Notes under the pieces: generated by a model
The model's input: only the letters and a program-made list of their open reading frames with translations
What the model was told of the DNA's origin: nothing
The model's database searches: none
Source of the DNA: a virus
Taxonomy: Duplodnaviria > Caudoviricetes
Virus record (IMG/VR): IMGVR_UViG_3300024351_000034
Coordinates: 1-53,582 of that record
Strand: one strand, 5' to 3'
Length of the DNA: 53,582 bases
Position numbers and translations under genes: made by a program
Shown here: piece by piece, positions 1-7,380 of the stretch
How the letters are laid out: each line of letters opens with the position of its first letter
Numbering within the stretch: the stretch's first letter is position 1

Positions 1-2
1 TG

Positions 3-149
3 TTTGCTGGTGATATCTACGCAGGACCAAAAGGATACAGTCACGAACAGCGTTCAGATGATGACCTAACAGATGATGACCTCCATCTAATGGGTGCTGA
101 AACGTGTGTTCAATGTGAGAACTGGGAACACAAATGCACCTGTGAGTAG
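3..149 (+). CDS. 3' end of a truncated hypothetical protein with a Cys-rich C-terminus
   Basis: Manual translation from the window edge gives FAGDIYAGPKGYSHEQRSDDDLTDDDLHLMGAETCVQCENWEHKCTCE*, ending in CxxC...CxC. Not in the ORF track. Confidence 0.7.
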   Translation, partial: FAGDIYAGPKGYSHEQRSDDDLTDDDLHLMGAETCVQCENWEHKCTCE

Positions 150-158
150 GGTATACTC

Positions 159-587
159 ATGTATTACTTTAATGATCGAAAGGTTTTTATGTTACAAGAT
201 TTAATTAATTTGCTTAATGCAATGAAGAAGAATAGTGATTACAAAGATGGGTGGGATAAGTTAGAGCCACTAATTGGGTTAAATGGTGTAGTGTCGTTAT
301 CGTGGCCGCAATGGCGCCTTAAGATTGTTACATTTCGTATGCCTAAAGATTGGGACGGCAGTACCGAACAGGCAGAAGAAATACGCACCATTGACAATTT
401 GTATTGGCACAACGATCAAATCATATGGATTACCGACAAGAATAAGAATCAATACGATGAATCTACACTTGTGCGTGTAACTATTGCCGAGATCATTGAC
501 GAGTTTCTATCTGGTAAATGGACTCCACCTTGGAAATGCGGATATTGCGTCTCGCGCCACAAAGGTATGCTACAACCTAGATACTAA
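159..587 (+). CDS. Hypothetical phage protein with C-terminal CxxC
   Basis: 142-aa ORF with a TAATG overlap into the next gene. The real start may be the second Met (MLQD), which follows AAGG. Confidence 0.7.
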   Translation: MYYFNDRKVFMLQDLINLLNAMKKNSDYKDGWDKLEPLIGLNGVVSLSWPQWRLKIVTFRMPKDWDGSTEQAEEIRTIDNLYWHNDQIIWITDKNKNQYDESTLVRVTIAEIIDEFLSGKWTPPWKCGYCVSRHKGMLQPRY

Positions 588-1150
588 TGCCTACACGTAA
601 ACGTAGTAATTATCATCCTGTCTGCTATGTTGTGTCCGGTAACGGGCACAATGTAGCAGTCAGTAATCAATTTGTAGCAAAAATCATCTACCAATTATGG
701 ATACAGTTAAGTGTCAGTAAAAACATCGCCACAACAGTGACTATTGACGCATACATGTCTCCTAACTCGTGGTCTACGTGGAGTCGTAGACACATCATTG
801 CTTTATTGAATGGCACTTGGACCAAACGGCTAATCTGTAAAGCAACTGTTGCTAATGGTGAATACAAAGAACATATGTACAACACACAAATAAAAATCAC
901 AGGCGATGAATATGAATCATTTGCCAAACACACATACTCAAAACTATCCAGACCAGTAGCTCACGCATTACACAATGCATTGATGTATCCAAATATCTTG
1001 CAATTGATTCTGCGAGCGCCTACTGCACTATCTGCACGTGTTGCATTAAAGGTTGAGGGATACCTCAAATGGCAAGACGGAACAACAATTAACCATATCG
1101 ATAAAGTGTGGGAGTACCTGCACTTTGAAGTCAGACGAACCGGAACATGA
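587..1150 (+). CDS. Hypothetical phage protein
   Basis: 187-aa ORF translationally coupled to the upstream gene; no recognisable motif. Confidence 0.7.
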   Translation: MPTRKRSNYHPVCYVVSGNGHNVAVSNQFVAKIIYQLWIQLSVSKNIATTVTIDAYMSPNSWSTWSRRHIIALLNGTWTKRLICKATVANGEYKEHMYNTQIKITGDEYESFAKHTYSKLSRPVAHALHNALMYPNILQLILRAPTALSARVALKVEGYLKWQDGTTINHIDKVWEYLHFEVRRTGT

Positions 1151-1235
1151 CAGTGATCTAGGTTGGAAGCTTTTATTCTTCTGGATAAGTATGTTGATAA
1201 TGCTTCTTCATCGACGTATCTTTGATGGGAAATGA
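1125..1235 (+). CDS. Possible small single-TM protein (36 aa)
   Basis: TTG at 1125 preceded by GGGAG; MKSDEPEHDSDLGWKLLFFWISMLIMLLHRRIFDGK. It fills the gap and ends in an ATGA overlap with the VRR-NUC gene. Confidence 0.4.
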   Translation: MKSDEPEHDSDLGWKLLFFWISMLIMLLHRRIFDGK

Positions 1236-1621
1236 AAACTACACAATATTCAGAAGCTCTATTTCAAAAACAAGTGATTACACTGTTGACTGCTTGTGGC
1301 TACACAGTTATAGAAGTTGGTAAATCACGTGGCAAAACAAAATGTCCGTCGTGTAACAAATATCATTACTCAACTGGATGGCAAGGCAATACTGTAGGCG
1401 CACCTGATTTATACATACATAAACCAGAGTGGTTAGGCATTGCCATTGGTATAGAGCTTAAAACACCGAAAGGAGCCGTACGCAAAGAACAACAAGAACT
1501 AGCAAATAAAAGCGTGGTAACGATATGCAGAACACTAGAAGATGTAGTCAATGCTGTTACCGCGATAGACAGACGACTGAATGTAGAAAGTAAACTGGAG
1601 AAATTAAATTGGATTCTGTAA
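1232..1621 (+). CDS. VRR-NUC family PD-(D/E)xK nuclease (putative Holliday junction resolvase)
   Basis: SEALFQKQVITLL N-terminal helix, GAPDL, IELKTPKG and downstream EQ match VRR-NUC motifs. Confidence 0.88.
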   Translation: MKTTQYSEALFQKQVITLLTACGYTVIEVGKSRGKTKCPSCNKYHYSTGWQGNTVGAPDLYIHKPEWLGIAIGIELKTPKGAVRKEQQELANKSVVTICRTLEDVVNAVTAIDRRLNVESKLEKLNWIL

Positions 1622-2256
1622 TTAAATGCCCTGTAGCATTTACAAATCATGACGTATGGGTAGATACATCACAATACGACAGGATATATGTAGCAACTAA
1701 AAATGATGACAGAAACTCATTTTTAAGCGTAGATAAAGACGGTTGGTTTTTCATACCAGCATGGACTCTAAAAGAAAATGCTGAAAAGTACATTGAGTCA
1801 CATGATTTAGTTGGCGTACATGAAATTATCAACATTTCCGTTACTGAGTTGTGTTTACTTGCACGTGCAGTAATGATCAATGGCGTACCTATGTTGGTAT
1901 CTGGCACTAACATTGCTGAAAACATACTTAGCTCATATGCACCTACACCTACAATATATTCATGTATTACAAGTATGTGGCATTACGCTGAAATAAGTGG
2001 CGAAAAAGTTCGCACAGAGAATGGAGAACTATACGTACAGCTATCCGCATCAGTGCTGATGGCTAAACTCTACAATGACAAACCAGAACTATTTCAAGCC
2101 ATTATTGATGATGAGCTTGAGGTCAAAACAATGATGTTTAAACAGTTAGTACAACAGGAAGAATATGTGTATACAGACGGCGAATTACTCAATGTAAAGA
2201 AAGGTTTAGAGACCAGCAAGGTTTTACGAAAGGAAATAGAAGATAACAATGTTTAA
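1609..2256 (+). CDS. Hypothetical protein, possibly two degenerate copies of one domain
   Basis: 215-aa ORF overlapping both neighbours; the halves align weakly (see findings). Confidence 0.7.
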   Translation: MDSVIKCPVAFTNHDVWVDTSQYDRIYVATKNDDRNSFLSVDKDGWFFIPAWTLKENAEKYIESHDLVGVHEIINISVTELCLLARAVMINGVPMLVSGTNIAENILSSYAPTPTIYSCITSMWHYAEISGEKVRTENGELYVQLSASVLMAKLYNDKPELFQAIIDDELEVKTMMFKQLVQQEEYVYTDGELLNVKKGLETSKVLRKEIEDNNV

Positions 2257-2848
2257 TCCACGTGATCATTTTTTAAATCTGAAAGGTAAACAATATTTAC
2301 CTGTAGCACCACGTATTGCATGGTTCCGAGAGGAACATCCAGACTGGACAATTATGACGTATGCAGTGCCCGAACTTTCGGGTACTGACTACTGTACATT
2401 TGCTGCTGAGATTCATGATGCAACAGGCCGACTGATTGCAAAAGCACATAAAACTGAGCATGAGAAACACTTTGCCGATTACAGGGAAAAAGCAGAAACT
2501 GGTGCAATTGGTCGAGCACTTGCACTGTGTGGATACGGCACGTTGTTTGCTCAAGAGTTAGAGGAACCTGTTACGCCAGCTGGTGACATACGCATAGTTG
2601 ATGCACCACAGCAAGCTAAGGCCAATACGCTTACTGCTGGTAAACAGTTTGCATTTGAGTGCAAACGTATATGGGGTACAGACATCACACCATCAGATAT
2701 GAAACGTGTGTTTGCACGTCTTGCTGGACATACAAACACTACAGAAGAAAACTTGAAATTGGTTATAGAGGTATTACAGGGATTCAATAAACCAGAAGAA
2801 GCAGAAGCAGTATTTTTAGCAATAGAGGAAGAAGGACTCAATGGATAA
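2249..2848 (+). CDS. Putative single-strand annealing recombinase (Rad52/Sak-like)
   Basis: KGKQYLPVAPRIAWFREEHP and EKAETGAIGRALALCGYG resemble Rad52-fold phage SSAP motifs; sits next to a Gam-like gene. Confidence 0.65.
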   Translation: MFNPRDHFLNLKGKQYLPVAPRIAWFREEHPDWTIMTYAVPELSGTDYCTFAAEIHDATGRLIAKAHKTEHEKHFADYREKAETGAIGRALALCGYGTLFAQELEEPVTPAGDIRIVDAPQQAKANTLTAGKQFAFECKRIWGTDITPSDMKRVFARLAGHTNTTEENLKLVIEVLQGFNKPEEAEAVFLAIEEEGLNG

Positions 2849-3404
2849 ATCTAAGTTTGATATTATTGGTGACGCATATTACGATGTCGAGACAGGTGAA
2901 TACGCTGGCCCAGTAGACGGCTGGCTTGGCGAGGAACTGGTATCAGAGGATGACGTGCTACTTGCTATGCAGCGTTTACTTAAATACGAGACGGAGCTTA
3001 AAGCTGAGCAACTAGCAATGCAATCTGTTGTTGATCGATGCAAGCAAATGGTCAAAGACAAAGAACGTAAAGTTCAATGGTTGCAAGCACGATACGGTGC
3101 GCAGATTGCTGACTTTGCCAAGACACAACTCGTAGGTAAAGCCAAGACATGGAAATGTCCGTGGGGTCAAGTTGCATTTCGCAATACTCAACCGACGTTT
3201 ACTATTCACGATGAAGCAAGAGCTGCTCTGGTTATTCCTATAGGAACCGATGCTGTACAGATAAACTACAAGGTATACAAAAGCAAAATACCAAAAGAGG
3301 TTCAACTTACGCTTGTTGAGCAGTATCCTGACATATTTTCTGTGACAGAAGCCACAGAGAATGTATCTATCAAAGCATTGACAGCAAGCGACACTGAGGA
3401 GTAA
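2841..3404 (+). CDS. Mu Gam-like / siphovirus Gp157-like host-nuclease inhibitor
   Basis: Coiled coil followed by KAKTWKCPWGQVAFRNT, matching the Gam-type K-x-x-K-x-P-x-G-x-V-x-F-R pattern. Confidence 0.7.
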   Translation: MDKSKFDIIGDAYYDVETGEYAGPVDGWLGEELVSEDDVLLAMQRLLKYETELKAEQLAMQSVVDRCKQMVKDKERKVQWLQARYGAQIADFAKTQLVGKAKTWKCPWGQVAFRNTQPTFTIHDEARAALVIPIGTDAVQINYKVYKSKIPKEVQLTLVEQYPDIFSVTEATENVSIKALTASDTEE

Positions 3405-3411
3405 GATTGCA

Positions 3412-3443
3412 TTGCCCCTGAAACTATATCAACACAGGGGTAA
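3412..3443 (+). promoter_or_regulatory. Intergenic stem-loop upstream of a terminator-like hairpin
   Basis: TTGCCCCTG (3412-3420) pairs with CAGGGGTAA (3435-3443) with one G-U pair, around a 14-nt loop. Confidence 0.55.
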
Positions 3444-3456
3444 ACAACTACCAAAT

Positions 3457-3490
3457 AGGGACCACGGCATAAACACCGTGGTCCTTTTGT
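3457..3490 (+). terminator. Rho-independent terminator-like hairpin
   Basis: AGGGACCACGG-CATAAACA-CCGTGGTCCTT with a short T tract (TTTTGT, 3485-3490). Confidence 0.7.
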
Positions 3491-3508
3491 CCCACAGAAA
3501 GAAAGAGA

Positions 3509-4126
3509 ATGAGTGACGAATTAGTTTACATTGGCAGTATTCCAGATGCAGTAAGCGTTACTGATGTAGGTTTACAGTTTAATCACGACATTGAATATGA
3601 TCAGTGGTTGCGACTGATGGCTACACTGCAACAATTAACTACAGCGTTTCAGTTTGCAATCGGAGACGCACTTAACTATGGACAAAAACGTTATGGTGAA
3701 AAGTATGCACAGGCTATGGATGCTACTGGCTGCGCTTATCAGAGCCTTGCTAACTGGAGCTGGGTTTCTAATCATGTTCCTATTAGTAACCGCGTTGCAG
3801 GTCTTAGCTGGACTCACCATCGCTTGGTTGCAAATATGGGAACGGAACAGCAGAAGCAAATCCTAGAGTCTGCAAAAGCACGTGGAATATCTGTAACAGA
3901 GTTTGAACGTGAGTTGAAAGGCGAGAAAGAAGAAGAAAAGAAACCACTTAAAACAATAGAAATACCATCAGGCTGGTCAGTTGATGATGTCAACAAGGCA
4001 CTGTCTTTGATTAGTACTACACCAATACCACTACAAGAAATATATGACGCAGGTCTTACTAAGTTATCTGAAGATGATGACGTTCAACGAGTAAGGTATT
4101 GCGATCAATGTCCATATAACCAATAA
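3509..4126 (+). CDS. LmbU-family DNA-binding regulator
   Basis: FAIGDALNYGQKRYGEKYAQAMDATGCAYQSLANWSWVS...RVAGLSWTHHRLVA follows the LmbU pattern (GD..YG...Y...Y......G..YQ.L.N..WV......R...LS..HH..A); C-terminal CxxC. Confidence 0.8.
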   Translation: MSDELVYIGSIPDAVSVTDVGLQFNHDIEYDQWLRLMATLQQLTTAFQFAIGDALNYGQKRYGEKYAQAMDATGCAYQSLANWSWVSNHVPISNRVAGLSWTHHRLVANMGTEQQKQILESAKARGISVTEFERELKGEKEEEKKPLKTIEIPSGWSVDDVNKALSLISTTPIPLQEIYDAGLTKLSEDDDVQRVRYCDQCPYNQ

Positions 4127-4135
4127 GGAATTCCA

Positions 4136-4843
4136 ATGATTACTGTATTTAACGGCAAGTCTTTTGGCTTGTCCGGTGCATCGTCGTCTGGCTTTGTGCA
4201 GATTGACAGACTCCTTGTCAATCACATTGCAAGCTTTACACCGTCTGGATTCATAACATTCATGGCTTTGGTTATGCATGTTGATAATGAGGGATACTGC
4301 TGGCCTAGCATTAAACGTTTATGTGAATGCACAGGCTTGTCGGAGACAACAGTAAAGACTGCACTACATCACCTGTCATCAATGAAAATCAATGACTGTC
4401 GATTGCTGGAAATCAATGGCAGAACTTCTCCTAATGGGAGAACAACAAGTAATGGATACAAACTGTTTCCAGATTCTGTACAGCACTCTGAAGATGTAAA
4501 GGTACAAGCAGTAAAGCAAGTACAGAAGGAGGTAGCTAAAGAAAATGATCCTGCATTTCCTTTAATGCAAGCATTTATGATCGAAAGATGGGGTCCATTT
4601 TCAAGCGAGAATATTACTGATAAGGATTGGAAAAATAATAGGTTAATCATTTGGCAAATGCATAAAGCTGGCGTCAAGCCGTGTGATGTTATTGAAAAAG
4701 TCAAGACACTCAAAAGCAAATGGCAATTAGAGATGATTACTGTTAGATCACTTTGGAAGCATTGGGATACATATGCTTCATCGACGTATGGGAAAGTTAC
4801 AAAAACTGCAAAGATAGAGGATTGGTTTAATGACAACGACTGA
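4136..4843 (+). CDS. Phage replication initiator with N-terminal winged HTH (HTH_36-like)
   Basis: GYCWPSIKRLCECTGLSETTVKTALHHL and GRTTSNGYKL are typical of this HTH; directly upstream of loader and helicase. Confidence 0.8.
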   Translation: MITVFNGKSFGLSGASSSGFVQIDRLLVNHIASFTPSGFITFMALVMHVDNEGYCWPSIKRLCECTGLSETTVKTALHHLSSMKINDCRLLEINGRTSPNGRTTSNGYKLFPDSVQHSEDVKVQAVKQVQKEVAKENDPAFPLMQAFMIERWGPFSSENITDKDWKNNRLIIWQMHKAGVKPCDVIEKVKTLKSKWQLEMITVRSLWKHWDTYASSTYGKVTKTAKIEDWFNDND

Positions 4844-5258
4844 TAAATTACTGGCGATTCTTTCACAACTACCTAGCTCAATACCATGGACAGAGACGAG
4901 CGATACCGTGTATAGGGTTGCAGTCAAAGGTTTACCAGATGAAGATATCAAGCTTGGTATGCAACGCATTCTTACACGCACAAAATTTCGCCCTACTCCA
5001 TCTGAGGTTCTACTAAACGTAGCAATAGCAAAGTATGGCGATGCGCAACCACACATGGTTACTCAGGACATATCGGAAGCAATACGTCTTGGCCTTGACC
5101 CAAATAAACTTCATCCTACAGTTGTACTAGTGTTGCGTAAGACTGGTGGATTACGTGCATGGCGAGTAGAGCCACCACTTAAAGGGCAACAACTTGCCGA
5201 TGTTATTAGTGAAGTGTTATTGGTCAGATTAACGGATTACATTAATGAGCAACAGTAA
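4830..5258 (+). CDS. Putative helicase loader/inhibitor (SPP1 G39P / lambda P position)
   Basis: KFRPTPSEV motif and position between initiator and dnaB. Confidence 0.6.
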   Translation: MTTTDKLLAILSQLPSSIPWTETSDTVYRVAVKGLPDEDIKLGMQRILTRTKFRPTPSEVLLNVAIAKYGDAQPHMVTQDISEAIRLGLDPNKLHPTVVLVLRKTGGLRAWRVEPPLKGQQLADVISEVLLVRLTDYINEQQ

Positions 5259-6621
5259 GAGTCTTGGTTTTAACATAGAGATTCCATACGATGTTATGAG
5301 TGAGCAATCACTCATAGCATCTATCCTTCTCGGTGGCAATAAACTATTCAAGTCAATGCAACGCATTGATAAGTCTATGTTCTATCGTGTTGCCCACAGT
5401 TTGATATGGGATGCATATAAAGCTGTAGATGATGCCAACAAAGAAATAGACATTGTCACGATCAATGAGGAATTAGTAAAGCGTAATGCGCTAGAAGCAT
5501 GTGGTGGCCTTGCATATCTGATGCAGTGTGCAGAACTGCTACCAACTACAGGTCACTGTAATAGTTATGCTGACCTTGTATGGGAATACCATAAGAGGCG
5601 TGAGATTATATTTGCATCCGAACATGCAAGTAAGCGAGCATCTACTGGTGATGATCCTACTGAAAATATAATCGCCGATTTAAATAAATCTGTTACATTC
5701 ATTCAATCCGGAAAGGCTGTAGATGATTTATCTGTATTAATTTCTGACATTACAACAGAAGCTATCCACCGCACTGAAGACGCAATAGACTACAGTGTTT
5801 CTAGCGGATTTATGGACGTTGACAGTATTACTGGTGGATGGCGTGACGGTGAGTTGATAATTGTTGGTGGTCGTCCGTCGATGGGTAAGTCAAGTCTCGG
5901 TTTACAGTATGCATGGAATGCAGCTATTGCATTACGAAAGGAAGAAAAGCGTACCGGGGTTCTAATCGTTAGCGCAGAAATGTCTAAGGCTATGGTTACC
6001 GCTAGAATGCTTAGCATATACAGTGGAGTAGACAGCCAATCTATACAGTCAAAGAAACTATCTAGTTACGATAAAGACAGTCTCTCAGTTGTTGCTCGAA
6101 CAGCCAAGAGCCTAACAATACAAGTAGTTGCTGATCAAACAGTTACACTACAATCGATCAGGGAAGCAGCCAACAGCATGAAGAAAACTGCCGAGGTTGG
6201 GTTGATTGTAGTTGATTATCTACAGATGATAACGATGCCAGCAAATGTCAAGTCCGAAAATAGGACTAGAGATATTGGTGTGATTAGTCGTGGACTGAAA
6301 GACATTGCCCGTGAGTTTAACTGTCCTGTGATAGCACTATCATCATTATCTCGTGCAGTGGAGCAACGACAAGACAAGCGACCAATGATGTCAGACTTGC
6401 GTGAGTCTGGTGATATTGAATCAGATGCAGACGTGATTCAGTTTATTTACAGGGCTGGATACTATGAAAAGAAACAGGCAGATGATCACATAGATGATAT
6501 TGATAAAGCAGAAATCATAACGGCTAAGAACCGTAATGGTAGAACAGGCGTATCACTTCTCAACTTTGAGAGCAAATACGCCCGATTTACAGACTTTACG
6601 TTAGACGACCTGTTTCTTTAA
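5245..6621 (+). CDS. dnaB: Replicative DNA helicase DnaB
   Basis: N-terminal EQSLIASIL, Walker A GGRPSMGKS, SAEM, IVVDYLQ, RPMMSDLRESGDIESDAD, KNRNG. Confidence 0.98.
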   Translation: MSNSKSLGFNIEIPYDVMSEQSLIASILLGGNKLFKSMQRIDKSMFYRVAHSLIWDAYKAVDDANKEIDIVTINEELVKRNALEACGGLAYLMQCAELLPTTGHCNSYADLVWEYHKRREIIFASEHASKRASTGDDPTENIIADLNKSVTFIQSGKAVDDLSVLISDITTEAIHRTEDAIDYSVSSGFMDVDSITGGWRDGELIIVGGRPSMGKSSLGLQYAWNAAIALRKEEKRTGVLIVSAEMSKAMVTARMLSIYSGVDSQSIQSKKLSSYDKDSLSVVARTAKSLTIQVVADQTVTLQSIREAANSMKKTAEVGLIVVDYLQMITMPANVKSENRTRDIGVISRGLKDIAREFNCPVIALSSLSRAVEQRQDKRPMMSDLRESGDIESDADVIQFIYRAGYYEKKQADDHIDDIDKAEIITAKNRNGRTGVSLLNFESKYARFTDFTLDDLFL

Positions 6622-7380
6622 ATAGACCTTTTTTTGGTCACTATTGACGATACAGTCAAAACCAAGATTACGGGCAATATCTCTGACAGGTGCATACGAT
6701 TTGCCATCACGTAAAATACACTGAATGGCCAGTGCTTCACCGTTGAGGACTGGCCCATCTTCCCAAGCCAATACAAAATCATCCCCAATGACAAGCCGAA
6801 CAAAATCACGGACAGGCGCGAATGTCCTTCCGTTTTGTACCAATGCAAAAATGTGTTTGTCTCCATTGACTATCTTCCAATCTTGTCCGTTTTGAACAAG
6901 AGACCACGGTCTAATAAAGTAAATAATGTCTTTATTTCGGTTTCTGTACAACGGACGGTGAGCTACTTCATATCCATTACGACTTCCATCGTTATTACTG
7001 TTCCCCTCAATTGAATACCAAACACCCGCTTCATCTTGACCTTCTACTATTCCAATATGAAATGCGTCTTGCTTGCCATTTGGTAATGTTTTAACTAGTA
7101 AAACAAGATCACCCGGCATGGGAGCACGATGAAGTACGCCATGTTTTTTAGCCACAGCTAACCAGACATCGCAGTCTGCACTAAAGCATAAAGGCCAATC
7201 CAAACCACTCTTACTTTCCCATTCCGATGCTACACCGCTTACAAATGACGCACACCAAAAGCTTCCAATAGGAGCGTTGACCAAAGTGTTCCATCGATCA
7301 ATCAATGGTCCGCAGTTACTACCAACAGGTTGTTCACTTACTCCGATGTATTTTCGTGCAATATCTACAAAGCTTTGCAT
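6601..7380 (-). CDS. CHAP-domain endolysin with two C-terminal copper-amine-oxidase-N-like repeats
   Basis: WCASFVS (catalytic Cys), FHIGIVE (His), SIEGNS; repeats NGRTFAPVRDF and DGKSYAPVRDI. Confidence 0.88.
   Translation of the reverse strand: MQSFVDIARKYIGVSEQPVGSNCGPLIDRWNTLVNAPIGSFWCASFVSGVASEWESKSGLDWPLCFSADCDVWLAVAKKHGVLHRAPMPGDLVLLVKTLPNGKQDAFHIGIVEGQDEAGVWYSIEGNSNNDGSRNGYEVAHRPLYRNRNKDIIYFIRPWSLVQNGQDWKIVNGDKHIFALVQNGRTFAPVRDFVRLVIGDDFVLAWEDGPVLNGEALAIQCILRDGKSYAPVRDIARNLGFDCIVNSDQKKVYLKKQVV

Noticed and set aside
55-82. Direct repeat CAGATGATGACCT x2
   Set aside because: It simply encodes the DDDL-T-DDDL peptide repeat in the truncated first gene.
4480-4560. Possible replication-origin iterons within the initiator gene
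   Set aside because: Only short GTAAAG/GTACA echoes, explained by the V-K/Q peptide repeats; no convincing iterons.
1206-4789. 14-nt exact repeat CTTCATCGACGTAT at 1206 and 4776
   Set aside because: Several 14-mer matches are expected by chance in 53 kb, and there is no third copy or shared context.
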